From Minisyncoccota bacterium (GTDB lineage: Bacteria > Patescibacteriota > Minisyncoccia > Phycocordibacterales > JBAYGS01), in contig JBAYGS010000001.1 of NCBI GenBank assembly GCA_041666545.1, positions 21,805 to 85,804 of the forward strand: a stretch of DNA of 64,000 bases. The letters run 5' to 3'. A program made the position numbers and the translations under genes. Below the pieces are notes generated by a model. That model made no database searches and was not told where the DNA came from. It saw nothing but the letters and a program-made list of their open reading frames with translations. This document shows, in pieces, positions 25,027 through 34,900 of this stretch. Each line of letters opens with the position of its first letter. The stretch's first letter is position 1.

Positions 25027-25635
25027 ATGCGCATTGGCCCACGATACAAAATAGCTCGCCGACTCGGTCCTTCTGTTTTTGATAAAACTCAAACTCAAAA
25101 GTTTGCGTTGTCTGAGTCGCGCAAGGGTGGGAAGAAAGGCGCGCATCCCAAGAACAAAACTGAGTACGGTCTTCAGATGCTGGAGAAGCAGAGAGTGCGC
25201 TTTACTTACGGAGTCGGCGAGCGACAATTTGGAAACTATGTGAGTGCGGCGGTCGCCAACAAAGGCACCAATACCGTGCAAGACCTATATGGCCGACTGG
25301 AGAGACGCTTAGATAATGTGGTTTATCGAATCGGTTTGGGTAATTCGCGACAAGCTACCCGCCAGATGGTTTCCCACGGACACATCTTGGTTAACGGTCG
25401 CCGAGTCACCATTCCTTCCTACGCCATGTCAAAAGGCGACCGAATCCGAATTCGGGAAGGTAGCCAGAAAAGCCCTCTATTTAAGGATTTGATCGAGAAG
25501 ACGAAGAAGCCGTTGCCAACCTGGATGACCTTTGCCAAGGACAAAAACGAGTGGGAAGTGACCGGAACGCCGGTTTATGTCCAAGGGGAGCAGACCTTTG
25601 ATTTGTCGGCAGTTATTGAGTTCTACAGCCGTTAG
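25027..25635 (+). CDS. rpsD: 30S ribosomal protein S4
   Basis: Start at ATG 25027 (MRIGPRYKIARRLG...). The ORF-track start at 24931 overlaps rpsK. S4 domain with RLDNVVYRIGLGNSRQATRQMVSHGHILVNGRRV. Confidence 0.9.
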   Translation: MRIGPRYKIARRLGPSVFDKTQTQKFALSESRKGGKKGAHPKNKTEYGLQMLEKQRVRFTYGVGERQFGNYVSAAVANKGTNTVQDLYGRLERRLDNVVYRIGLGNSRQATRQMVSHGHILVNGRRVTIPSYAMSKGDRIRIREGSQKSPLFKDLIEKTKKPLPTWMTFAKDKNEWEVTGTPVYVQGEQTFDLSAVIEFYSR

Positions 25636-25712
25636 TATTGCGATAAATACTAAAATAGGGTAGAATAATACTTTCTTAAAATTTTATTATTATTTTATAA
25701 AACAAAGAGCCT

Positions 25713-26669
25713 ATGGCCCTACACAACGTTTTGTTACCGTCAAAGCCGAAGATCGTCAAAGAAGGCGATAATATCGGCGTCTACGAAATTGATGGTCTTT
25801 ATCCTGGTTATGGTCATACCCTCGGCAACTCCCTTCGCCGAATTATTCTTTCATCCTTGCCGGGCGCCGCGGTCACTCGCGTCAAGATTGAGGGTGTTAG
25901 TCACGAGTTTTCAACTATGGCCGGAATCAAAGAGGATGTCATCACTATCCTTTTGAATCTAAAACGCTTGCGAATCAAGATGCTCACCGATGAGCCACAG
26001 AATCTGACCCTGAAAGTTAAGGGTGTTAAAGAAATTACTGCTGCCGACATCAAGTTCCCGGGACAGATTGAAATCCTAAACCCGGAATTGGTTTTGGCTC
26101 ATGCTACCGAGAAAAACGCTGAAATCGAAGCGGAGCTTTTTGTCGAAAAGGGTTTGGGTTATGTCTCCAAAGAAGTTTTGCACAAGGATCGAGTTGATAT
26201 CGGTTCAATCGCCATGGACGCTATCTTTACCCCGATTCGCCGAGTCAACTACGAAGTTGAAAATATGCGCGTGGGCGACCGAACTGATTTCAACCGCCTG
26301 CGCATTTTTATTGAGACTAACGGTACCATTTCGCCAAAAGAAGCTTTGGAGGATTCTATCTCAATCATGATCAGTCAGCTTAAGGCCGTGGTCGGTTTTA
26401 AGGAGGAGGAAGAAGTTGTTGCTCCGGCCGAAGGCGAAGGCGAAGCCGGTACCAAGAAGGAACCTGATACTGAATTCTTGAAGACCCGAATCGAGACTCT
26501 GCCTCTTTCACCTCGAACCACCAACGCTCTGGCTAGCGCTAACATCCGAACGGTCGGCGGTTTGGCCAGAAAGAAGGAGAAGGATTTGCAGGATGTGGAG
26601 GGTTTGGGTGCCAAAGGTATCCAGGAAATCAAAAAGGCTCTCGGCGATTTCGGCATCACCCTTAAATAA
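25713..26669 (+). CDS. rpoA: DNA-directed RNA polymerase subunit alpha
   Basis: N-terminal dimerisation domain ([30 protein letters not shown]) and C-terminal alpha-CTD. Confidence 0.95.
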   Translation: [318 protein letters not shown]

Positions 26670-26703
26670 TTTTCCATTTTGAGATTTTAATTTTACATTT
26701 ACT

Positions 26704-27051
26704 ATGCGTCATCATAATGCCAACAGAAAATTCGGAATGAAGCGAAAGGGGAGAAAGGCTCTCGGGCGGTCCTTGGTGCGCGCTTTGGTTGTCCACGGCA
26801 AGATGAAGACGACCTTGATCAAGGCCAAGGAGATTCGCCCGGCCGTTGAAAAATTGATTACCCGAGGCAAAATCGGCACGGTAGCCAATCGTAGGTTGCT
26901 GACTTCCAAGACCGGTAGCGCTGAATTGGCCGGAAAGATCATTAAGACCGCCGAGAAGTACAAGGACCGAAAGGGTGGCTATACTCGGATTACCAAGCTT
27001 GGCCGCCGAATCAGTGACGGTGCCCAAATGGCGATTATTGAATTCGTCTAA
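26704..27051 (+). CDS. rplQ: 50S ribosomal protein L17
   Basis: MRHHNANRKFGMKRKGRKALGRSLVRALVVHGKMKTTLIKAKEIRP... Confidence 0.95.
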   Translation: MRHHNANRKFGMKRKGRKALGRSLVRALVVHGKMKTTLIKAKEIRPAVEKLITRGKIGTVANRRLLTSKTGSAELAGKIIKTAEKYKDRKGGYTRITKLGRRISDGAQMAIIEFV

Positions 27052-27091
27052 ACTTTGGACTTTACACTTTTTACTTTAAACTTTATTTATC

Positions 27092-27433
27092 ATGGAGCAT
27101 ACAATCGACGCTACGAATATGAGGTTAGGACGAGTGGCCAGCCAGGCTGCAGTGCTTTTGATTGGCAAGGATGCGAGCTTCCAAAGAAATGTGAAGCCAA
27201 AGACAGTCGTCAAGATTGTTAACGCTTCCAAGATTGATATTGCCGAGCGCAAGCGAGCCGGTACCATCTATCACCGCCACTCCGGTTATCGCGGCTCGAT
27301 GGTGATTGAAGATATGAATAAGGTTATTAAGGACAAAGGTTTTTCCGAGGTTTTCCGTCGGACAGTTTATGGTATGATCCCGCGTAGCAAGCTCACCAAA
27401 CAAATGATGAAAAATTTGATTATTACTGAATAA
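27092..27433 (+). CDS. rplM: 50S ribosomal protein L13
   Basis: L13 family sequence. The rplM-rpsI pair follows rplQ directly. Confidence 0.9.
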   Translation: MEHTIDATNMRLGRVASQAAVLLIGKDASFQRNVKPKTVVKIVNASKIDIAERKRAGTIYHRHSGYRGSMVIEDMNKVIKDKGFSEVFRRTVYGMIPRSKLTKQMMKNLIITE

Positions 27434-27438
27434 TTTTT

Positions 27439-27852
27439 ATGCACCCAGAAACTACTAAAACTGAGAGATACACTGAAGCCGTAGGTCGTCGCAAGACCGC
27501 TTCGGCTCGAGTCCGGATTACTCCGGCCGCCAAGACTTCGATTGTCATAAATGACAAGGAGCTCCATGTTTATTTCCCGACCAAAGATTTGCAATTGACC
27601 GCTAGCGAGGCCCTCGATAAATCAAAATCAGCCAAGAAATTTAAAGTGACGGTTGTGGTCAGAGGCGGTGGCATTAATGGTCAGGCTGAAGCGGTTCGTC
27701 ACGGTATTGCGAGAGCGATTAACGAACTCGAACCGGAACTCCGCACCAATTTGAAGAAAGCCGGCTTCCTTAAACGAGATCCTCGAGCCAAAGAAAGACG
27801 CAAATTCGGTCTGAAGAAGGCAAGGAAAGCACCGCAATGGTCCAAGCGCTAG
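27439..27852 (+). CDS. rpsI: 30S ribosomal protein S9
   Basis: C-terminus ..RKFGLKKARKAPQWSKR is canonical S9. Confidence 0.95.
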   Translation: MHPETTKTERYTEAVGRRKTASARVRITPAAKTSIVINDKELHVYFPTKDLQLTASEALDKSKSAKKFKVTVVVRGGGINGQAEAVRHGIARAINELEPELRTNLKKAGFLKRDPRAKERRKFGLKKARKAPQWSKR

Positions 27853-27982
27853 AGATGATTGTCGGTCCCGGTACTTATTTTGTGTTGAAATATTAAAGAC
27901 GCTGTCTCGTAGCAAAATTCTGATTTTTGCTGGCGGGACAAGGAAAGCGCCACAGTGGAGCAAGAGGTAGATTTAAGAATCT

Positions 27983-28010
27983 GGATTCAGGATTCAGGAT
28001 TCAAGAATCA
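27983..28010 (+). repeat. tandem heptamer GGATTCA x3.5 in intergenic spacer
   Basis: ggattca ggattca ggattca agaatca read directly. The same heptamer family recurs at 30611-30640 and inside uvrC at about 57160-57185. Confidence 0.8.
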
Positions 28011-28019
28011 GGAATAAAG

Positions 28020-28052
28020 AAAACCGCCCCGCACGAAAGTGCGGGGCGGTTT
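28020..28052 (+). terminator. intrinsic terminator of the rplM-rpsI unit
   Basis: ccgccccgcac-gaaa-gtgcggggcgg followed by TTTT. Confidence 0.8.
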
Positions 28053-28108
28053 TAGTTGACAGCAGACAATATTAATGCATAATTGCCCAAGAAAGTACTT
28101 TTGAAAAT

Positions 28109-28819
28109 ATGAGAAAAACATGCAATGACCTCCGTTTGGAATTGGGTTTTAAGGATACTGAACGAATGTTTACGGCGGCGATTACCCACAGCTCAATGGT
28201 TCGCGAACCCGAACAGCGTCCGCTCCAGTCTAACGAAAATTTGACCCACATTGGTCGGCGATTCTTGCAGACGGTGCTCGCAATTCGTCTCACCCTGCTT
28301 CGGCAATCGAATGCGGTAATTTCCATCCGCTCGTCCAACTGGCTTAACTCACAGATCGGGGCAGTAGGGAGAAAGCTAAAAGTGCTCGACTGTTTGGTGA
28401 TTCAGCCTACGACCGAGGCAGGGATTCGAAATTCTGAGTTGGCTACCGCGCGTCTGGAGGGCGAAACCCTTTGTGCGCTAGTCGGGGCACTGATTATTGA
28501 AAATGGCTACCAGGCCGGCGAGGAGTTCTTTCGAACTCATTTCCAAGAAGGCTTGATGAATGCTCACTGGGCGGAGACGGCCCCGATGAAGGACCCGAAG
28601 ACCCTGCTTCAGGAGGTTCTGGCCAAGCAGAAATTGATACCGGAATATGAACTGATTTCCGCGGATGGGCCGGTCCATAGACAGGCCTTTGCGGTAAGAT
28701 TAATTTGTAACGGCCAGGTGCTAGGTGAGGGCTTGGGGACTACAAAAAAATCGGCCGAAAAAGCAGCCGCTACCGAGGCTCTGGCCACCCTCAAGAGGTT
28801 CGGCGACGGTAGGTCCTAG
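28109..28819 (+). CDS. ribonuclease III-family protein with degenerate catalytic motifs and intact C-terminal dsRBD
   Basis: AITHSS aligns with the RNase III ALTHRS motif. NENLTHIGRRF sits where NERLEFLGDA is expected, so the catalytic Glu and Asp are replaced. The dsRBD is clear (KDPKTLLQEVLAKQ...GLGTTKKSAEKAAATEALATL). Confidence 0.65.
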   Translation: MRKTCNDLRLELGFKDTERMFTAAITHSSMVREPEQRPLQSNENLTHIGRRFLQTVLAIRLTLLRQSNAVISIRSSNWLNSQIGAVGRKLKVLDCLVIQPTTEAGIRNSELATARLEGETLCALVGALIIENGYQAGEEFFRTHFQEGLMNAHWAETAPMKDPKTLLQEVLAKQKLIPEYELISADGPVHRQAFAVRLICNGQVLGEGLGTTKKSAEKAAATEALATLKRFGDGRS

Positions 28820-28980
28820 ATGGTTAAAATTATTTGCCGACAGCGTGCCACCTTGCGCCTGTCGGTTTTTTAAAACGGATTTGCGCTAAGTCAAGTTTTT
28901 AATCTTTCCCAAATCCCTTATACTTAAACCCTAATCCTACAATTCCTTATTCCTAATTCATAATTCCTTATTCATCCACT

Positions 28981-29571
28981 ATGCAAGACGAAAAAGACTT
29001 GAAAGATAATAAAACGGTTCCGCCCGAAGAAACATCCGACGATGTGGTTTTTGAGGACACCGAAGAGGCTCATGTCGACCTACCAGCCAAACTTAAAAAG
29101 CTAAAAGATAAACTTTCTGCTTGTGAGAAAGAGAAAAGCGAATATTTGGATGGTTGGCAGAGGTCAAAAGCCGATTTTATCAATTACAGAAAAGACCAGG
29201 AAAAATCCAATCGCGATTTTATTAAATTTGCCAATCTCGGCTTGATCGAGGAATTGATTCCGGTTCTAGACAGTTTTGAAATGGCTTTTTCCAACAAAGT
29301 TGCTTGGGAGAAGGCGGATAAGAATTGGCGAGTCGGAGTTGAATATATCCACTCACAGCTCCACTCAATTTTGGAAAAGAATCATTTGAAATCAATCAGT
29401 CCGAGAGTGGGAGATGAATACGACCATACCAATCACGAAGCGATTGAATCGGTGCCGGTGGAGGATAAAAGCCAAGATCATAAAATTGTTGAGGTTATAA
29501 GCAAGGGCTATGAGATTAATGGGCGGGTGGTGAAGGCGGCAAGGGTGAAGGTGGGAGAGAGGAAAGTTTAG
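28981..29571 (+). CDS. grpE: nucleotide exchange factor GrpE
   Basis: Coiled-coil N-terminus and GrpE core (..YINYRKDQEK..LIEELIPVLDSFEMAF..); precedes dnaK. Confidence 0.85.
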   Translation: MQDEKDLKDNKTVPPEETSDDVVFEDTEEAHVDLPAKLKKLKDKLSACEKEKSEYLDGWQRSKADFINYRKDQEKSNRDFIKFANLGLIEELIPVLDSFEMAFSNKVAWEKADKNWRVGVEYIHSQLHSILEKNHLKSISPRVGDEYDHTNHEAIESVPVEDKSQDHKIVEVISKGYEINGRVVKAARVKVGERKV

Positions 29572-29699
29572 AAGTTGAGAAGTTTTGAAGTTGGGCGGGA
29601 AGAGGAGTGAGTAGTGGGTAGTGAGTAGTTGGGAGAAAAGAAAAACCAACCGGGAGGGTTGGCTTGGCGGAATTTGCGGTTTACTTTTTCTCCGCTAGT

Positions 29700-29888
29700 T
29701 CAGTGTGTGTTCCAGTTCTCAAAACACCTCGGATTGCAGAAATGCCGCGCCTGGCCGTTGCGGCCGGCCGCAGGTAGAAAAGAGATTTCTTGTCCTTCTT
29801 TCAGTGGCTTGTTGCAGAGTTTGTGGTTGCAGCGTAGACCTGAACAGGGGGTTTTAATGGTTTCAATCTTGCGAAGGGTCTTGTTCAT
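29700..29888 (-). CDS. small TRASH/YHS-like zinc-finger protein
   Basis: Start at ATG 29888 (GAAAGG SD upstream; longer ORF to 29963). Cys pattern C-x4-C-x4-C ... HFCNPRCFENW is typical of TRASH/YHS/MYM metal-binding fingers. Confidence 0.5.
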   Translation of the reverse strand: MNKTLRKIETIKTPCSGLRCNHKLCNKPLKEGQEISFLPAAGRNGQARHFCNPRCFENWNTH

Positions 29889-29998
29889 ATTTTTCCTTTC
29901 TGCTTCTGAATCCAAGTTAGCACAATCTCTAGAGTTGTCAAGTAAAAAACAGCGGGGGAGCACCTCGCTGTTTTGATGTTCGTGTCAGCGACTGACCG

Positions 29999-30193
29999 TC
30001 ACTTCGGCTTGTTTGCCTCGATGGCGGCGATAATGTGGCTCGCAAGTGCGGCAATCGAGAGTGCGAGACTAAATGAGCCGACCCCGATTAGCAAAACTCT
30101 CACGAATCCAGTCGCCGACACGATGCCGGTGGTCAGGGTCAGGATTCCGATTGTTAGAGATATTATCAGTGCGGTATAGTGTCCTATTGACAT
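29999..30193 (-). CDS. possible small two-TM membrane protein
   Basis: 64-aa hydrophobic ORF upstream of and co-oriented with the TRASH gene. No clear SD. Confidence 0.3.
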   Translation of the reverse strand: MSIGHYTALIISLTIGILTLTTGIVSATGFVRVLLIGVGSFSLALSIAALASHIIAAIEANKPK

Positions 30194-30726
30194 GGTATTC
30201 TTTGGGTTGAAGTTTTCTGGCTGTATTATAGCAAATTGTGGGGTTTTGTCAAGTTATCAAAATCGGCTAAAAAGGGTATAATTTTGGCAATGAATTTGCC
30301 CCAAAAACAGACCGGCCAGGTATTTGAGAGGGTTTTAAGGACTAAAACTGGCACTTTGGCGCGGGTGAAGTTTTTGGTTATGGAATTCGAGGGAAAGCCT
30401 TGGGTGAAGGTTTTGTCAATCGAAGCGATTGAGGGCGGAATTAGGAATAATGAATTAGGAATTAGGAGGGGAAAAATACTCTGCCTTCCATGCCTGAAGA
30501 CAAAAGAGATTTTGCCGGAAGTTGAGAAAGCTATTGATGAGGAAATCGAATCGCCTTTTTTTGAATTATTTTTTTTGACGAGTCAACCAACACGAGCGCC
30601 GTCGAGTAGAATCTAGATTCACGATTCAGGATTCACGATATGAAATCGGGAATTGCTGAGCCGTGTTTTTCTGTTGGATCTAATCATGAATCTTAATTCT
30701 TAAATCATTAATCTATTTAAAAAACT

Positions 30727-32613
30727 ATGTCTAAAATACTAGGAATCGACTTGGGAACAACTTACTCCGCAATGGCGGTGATGGAATCTGGTGGCCCACG
30801 AATTTTGGAAAATGCCGAAGGTGTCCGGACGACTCCGTCGATTGTGGCAGTCTCGAAAAGCGGCGAACGACTGGCCGGTCTTTTGGCCAAGCGACAGGGC
30901 GTGACAAACCCGAAGAACACAATTTTCGCGATTAAGCGATTTATTGGTCACACTTACGATGATGCTGGGGTGCAGAAAGATATCAAGACGGCGCCATTTG
31001 AAACTCGCAAATCCGAGAATGGCGGAATCGAAGTGAAGATGAGTGATAAGTGGTATCGACCGGAAGAAGTCTCGGCGATGATTCTGCAAAAGCTGAAGAC
31101 CGATGCCGAAGCGCGCTTGGGTGAAAAAATCACCGAAGCGATTATTACCGTGCCGGCCTATTTCAACGACTCACAACGACAAGCTACAAAAGATGCCGGT
31201 AAAATTGCTGGCCTAGATGTCAAAAGAATTATCAACGAGCCGACCGCGGCGGCTTTGGCCTATGGCTTCAACAAAAAGAAAAATGAGAAAATCGCCGTCT
31301 TCGACTTCGGAGGCGGAACCTTCGATATTTCTATTTTGGAAGTCGGCGATGATGTGATTGAAGTAAAATCGACTGATGGTGACTCGCACTTGGGAGGCAA
31401 GGATATCGACCAGAAAATTATTAACTTTTTGGCCGAGGAGTTTAAAAAGGAGTCGGGAATTGATGTGCGAAATGATGCCCTCGCTCTCCAGAGGCTTGAT
31501 GAAGCGGCGGAGAAGGCCAAAATCGAGCTTTCGACTGCGGTTGAGACCGAGGTGAACATTCCGTTCTTGACCTCAGATTCTTCCGGCCCTCGACACTTAC
31601 TGGTGAAAATGACTCGCGCCAAATTGGAAGAATTGGCTCGAGAATTTATCGACCGAGCGATGATGATTACCAAGCGGGCAATGGAAGCTTCACCATTTAA
31701 AATTCCCGATATCAATGAAATCGTGATGGTTGGTGGCCAGACCAGGATGCCAATGATTCAGAAAGCGGTGAAGGAATTTTTCGGCAAGGACTTGCACATG
31801 GGCGTTAATCCGGATGAAGTTGTGGCGGTTGGCGCCGCTATTCAGGGTGGAATTTTGCAGGGTGATGTGAAGGATGTACTTTTACTCGATGTAATCCCGC
31901 TATCATTTGGAATTGAGACTATGGGAGGAGTCGCTACCAAGTTGATTGAGAAGAACACTACCATTCCGGCGGCCAAGTCGCAGGTATTTTCGACGGCGGC
32001 CGATAATCAAACTCAAGTTGAGATTAATGTGGTTCAGGGCGAACGAGCGATGGCTTCTGACAACAAATCACTCGGCCGATTTATTCTCGATGGGATTCCG
32101 CCGGCACCACGAGGCATGCCTCAAGTTGAAGTGACTTTCGACATTGATGCCAACGGTATCCTGAATGTTAAGGCGAAGGACAAGACGACGGGCAAGGAAC
32201 AGTCGATTAAGATTGAAGCTCGTTCCGGTCTGACTGATGCTGATATTGAAAAGATGAAAAAGGATGCCGAGCTTCATAGCGAAGAAGATAAGAAGAAAAA
32301 GGAAACTGTTGAAGCTAAAAATATTGCCGAGCAATTGATTTACACTGCCGAGAAGTCGCTTAAGGATGCTGGCGATAAAGTGCCGGCTGATGTTAAGAAA
32401 TCCGTTGAGGACAAAGTCACGGCTCTGAAGGGTGTGAAGGATGGTGCTGATCTTGGAGCAATTAAAACTGCGACCGAGGCGCTCTCCGGCGAGCTTTCTA
32501 AAGTTGGCGAAGCGATGAGTAAGGCGGCGAAAGAAAATTCCCAGCCGAATGCCGAGAATAAGGAGGGGAAAGTGCACGAGGCGGAGGTGAAGGAAGAGAA
32601 GAAAAGTGAGTAG
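30727..32613 (+). CDS. dnaK: molecular chaperone DnaK (Hsp70)
   Basis: [18 protein letters not shown] and the remaining Hsp70 signatures; 628 aa. Confidence 0.97.
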   Translation: MSKILGIDLGTTYSAMAVMESGGPRILENAEGVRTTPSIVAVSKSGERLAGLLAKRQGVTNPKNTIFAIKRFIGHTYDDAGVQKDIKTAPFETRKSENGGIEVKMSDKWYRPEEVSAMILQKLKTDAEARLGEKITEAIITVPAYFNDSQRQATKDAGKIAGLDVKRIINEPTAAALAYGFNKKKNEKIAVFDFGGGTFDISILEVGDDVIEVKSTDGDSHLGGKDIDQKIINFLAEEFKKESGIDVRNDALALQRLDEAAEKAKIELSTAVETEVNIPFLTSDSSGPRHLLVKMTRAKLEELAREFIDRAMMITKRAMEASPFKIPDINEIVMVGGQTRMPMIQKAVKEFFGKDLHMGVNPDEVVAVGAAIQGGILQGDVKDVLLLDVIPLSFGIETMGGVATKLIEKNTTIPAAKSQVFSTAADNQTQVEINVVQGERAMASDNKSLGRFILDGIPPAPRGMPQVEVTFDIDANGILNVKAKDKTTGKEQSIKIEARSGLTDADIEKMKKDAELHSEEDKKKKETVEAKNIAEQLIYTAEKSLKDAGDKVPADVKKSVEDKVTALKGVKDGADLGAIKTATEALSGELSKVGEAMSKAAKENSQPNAENKEGKVHEAEVKEEKKSE

Positions 32614-32886
32614 TGGGTAGTGAGTAGTGGGTAGTTAGAGAAATAAAATTTGTCCTCGTCCTATCCCCGCAGCAAGGCTGTTCCCTCGGAAGACCTCGGC
32701 GGGGTATTGGGCGAGGCAACGGGGCAAACTTTGTTGTAGCAGTGTCGGCTCCGCCGACGCATGATTCTCGTTGCGGACTCATCCCCGCCGCAGAGCGGCT
32801 GGGTATTCTCCGCAGTCACAATAAAAAATCCCCTCTTCCTACTCTCCGCGACATTCGTCGTGGGGAGAGTGGAGGAGGGGAAAGGC

Positions 32887-33480
32887 TTAGTCTTCGGTGC
32901 TGGTCAGATTGATGAAGGCACTGATGAGAGACGCTGATTCCTGTTCGTTCAGAATGGCGTCAATTTGATGGGCTCTCGCATATGGCCCTCCCTCGCTGAG
33001 TTGATCCTTACTCTCGTGGAAGGCCAGTGCCTTTAGAATCGTCTTGCTTCCTTCTCCAGTCACTTCGATTGAGTAGGCGTAGACGGGTTTGGGTCTGTTG
33101 CGGTCGGCCTCCAGAAGGATTTTGATCGCGAATCTTTCGTCAGGTTTGTCGCCGACAAAGCCAACGAACATCGCCCTTTCCGGGAAATCTTTGTTGGCCA
33201 CCAGTCGCATTACCCAGCCGAACTGGTTCTGAGTGGCCCCAGGAAGCCTTTTCGCTGATCGATCAGAGTGTAGAAAAATTTCTTTCGGGAATTCCTCAAT
33301 GATGCGGATTATAGCCATGACAACTCTTCGCCGTGTCGCCGTCTCTTGCTGGTCTGGATATTCCTTGAGCAATGACAGCATTTCGATAAGTGTTGATCTG
33401 GCGGCACTGGCTCGGGTCTTGTGAAGTAGCTTTCCGATTAATTGGCGCAGGTTCATAGTGTTAATCCGAAGGGGTGTCAT
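32887..33480 (-). CDS. hypothetical protein
   Basis: 197-aa ORF. A long GC hairpin plus T-run at 32822-32875 lies just downstream of its stop. Start uncertain (33480 or internal ATG 33456). Confidence 0.5.
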   Translation of the reverse strand: MTPLRINTMNLRQLIGKLLHKTRASAARSTLIEMLSLLKEYPDQQETATRRRVVMAIIRIIEEFPKEIFLHSDRSAKRLPGATQNQFGWVMRLVANKDFPERAMFVGFVGDKPDERFAIKILLEADRNRPKPVYAYSIEVTGEGSKTILKALAFHESKDQLSEGGPYARAHQIDAILNEQESASLISAFINLTSTED

Positions 33481-33534
33481 ACGGTTGACGAAGTTCTAGA
33501 AATAGTGATAGCATAGCAAACATTAAATGTCAAT

Positions 33535-34626
33535 ATGAAAAAAGATTATTACGAAATATTAGGCGTTGATAAAAAGGCCTCAAAGGACGACATCAAAAAA
33601 GCGTTTCGGAAATTGGCACATGAGCATCACCCCGACAAGAAGGGTGGCAACGAGGCTAAGTTTAAAGAGATAAACGAAGCTTACGGTGTGCTTTCCGATG
33701 ATCAAAAAAGGGCACAGTATGACACCTATGGTCAAGCTTTTTCCGGCGGAGCCGGACCAGGGCAAGGTGGTGGATTTGGCGGTTTTGGTGGCGCCGGTGG
33801 TTTTGATTTTTCCGGTTTTGCGAATGGCGGCCAAGGGTTTGAAGGTTTCGACCTGGGCGATTTGTTCGGCGATTTTTTTGGTGGCGGTGGTGGCCGAAGT
33901 CGGACCAAGCGCGGCCGGGACATTTCGGTTGATATCGAGATTAGTTTCGCCGAGTCGGTTTTTGGAGTTGATAAAAAGTTTTCCTTGGCCAAGGATTCAA
34001 CCTGTAATATCTGCAAAGGCTCTGGAGCCAAATCTGGCACAGAATTGAAGACCTGCGAAGTTTGTGGTGGTAAAGGTAAGGTGCAAGAGACTCGTCGCTC
34101 GTTTATCGGAGTTTTTAATACGGTTCAAACCTGTGGCAATTGTCATGGTAAAGGCAAAGTGCCAAAAGAAAAATGTGAACATTGTCGTGGTGAGGGAATT
34201 TTAAGACAAGAGCAGGAGATCAATGTAAAAATTCCCGCCGGTATCAATGATGATGAGGCGGTCAGACTTTCCGGCGCCGGTGAGGCGATTGCCGGTGGGC
34301 CGTCGGGCGATTTGTATATCAAGGTTCATGTGAAGCCGCATTCGTCTATTGTTAAAGAGGGCAACAATTTGCTGATGGATGTTAGCGTGAAGCTTTCAGA
34401 TGCTTTGCTCGGGGCGGAATACCAGGTGTCGACCTTGGATGGTAATTTGTCCGTAAAAATTCCGGAAGGCATTACTCACGGAGAAATTTTAAGAGTGAGA
34501 AACAAGGGCGTGCCGTACGGCAATAGGCGCGGCGACCTGTTGTTGAATGTGAAAATTGTCATGCCGACTAAGCTTTCTAAAACTGCCAAGAAAGCGATTG
34601 AGGATTTGAGGCAAGAAGGAATATAA
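33535..34626 (+). CDS. dnaJ: molecular chaperone DnaJ
   Basis: J-domain with HPD, G/F-rich linker and four CxxCxGxG zinc-finger repeats. Confidence 0.95.
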   Translation: MKKDYYEILGVDKKASKDDIKKAFRKLAHEHHPDKKGGNEAKFKEINEAYGVLSDDQKRAQYDTYGQAFSGGAGPGQGGGFGGFGGAGGFDFSGFANGGQGFEGFDLGDLFGDFFGGGGGRSRTKRGRDISVDIEISFAESVFGVDKKFSLAKDSTCNICKGSGAKSGTELKTCEVCGGKGKVQETRRSFIGVFNTVQTCGNCHGKGKVPKEKCEHCRGEGILRQEQEINVKIPAGINDDEAVRLSGAGEAIAGGPSGDLYIKVHVKPHSSIVKEGNNLLMDVSVKLSDALLGAEYQVSTLDGNLSVKIPEGITHGEILRVRNKGVPYGNRRGDLLLNVKIVMPTKLSKTAKKAIEDLRQEGI

Positions 34627-34699
34627 GGAGAATCATCAATAACCAGGGCTCGAAGCGAGCAATAACCAATAACCAAGAGACAATAATCAAGAACGGACA

Positions 34700-34757
34700 A
34701 AATCCGCCCTGCACTAATTTCTGCGATAGCAGAAATTAGTGCAGGGCGGATTTTTGT
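34700..34757 (+). terminator. intrinsic terminator after dnaJ
   Basis: Perfect 23-bp stem atccgccctgcactaatttctgc/gcagaaattagtgcagggcggat followed by TTTTT. Confidence 0.85.
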
Positions 34758-34900
34758 TAGTAGGATTGGCAGAATTGGAAGTCAGAAGATTCAAGCCCGC
34801 AAAGTCGAACTTTGCGGGTCCTTTGGTTGACCAAATCAATTTTTCGTGCATAATAATTTGAGGTTGGTTCCTTCAAAAAACACTAAAAGAAAGGGATAAA

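Noticed and set aside
30236-30616. 126-aa + strand ORF upstream of dnaK
   Set aside because: Much of it is made of the GGAATTA-type intergenic tandem repeat (translated as GIRNNELGIRRG). No SD, so probably non-coding spacer. Not listed as a feature.
28820-30726. CIRCE/HrcA operator (TTAGCACTC-N9-GAGTGCTAA) upstream of grpE, dnaK or dnaJ
   Set aside because: Searched the three upstream regions by eye; no CIRCE-like inverted repeat found.
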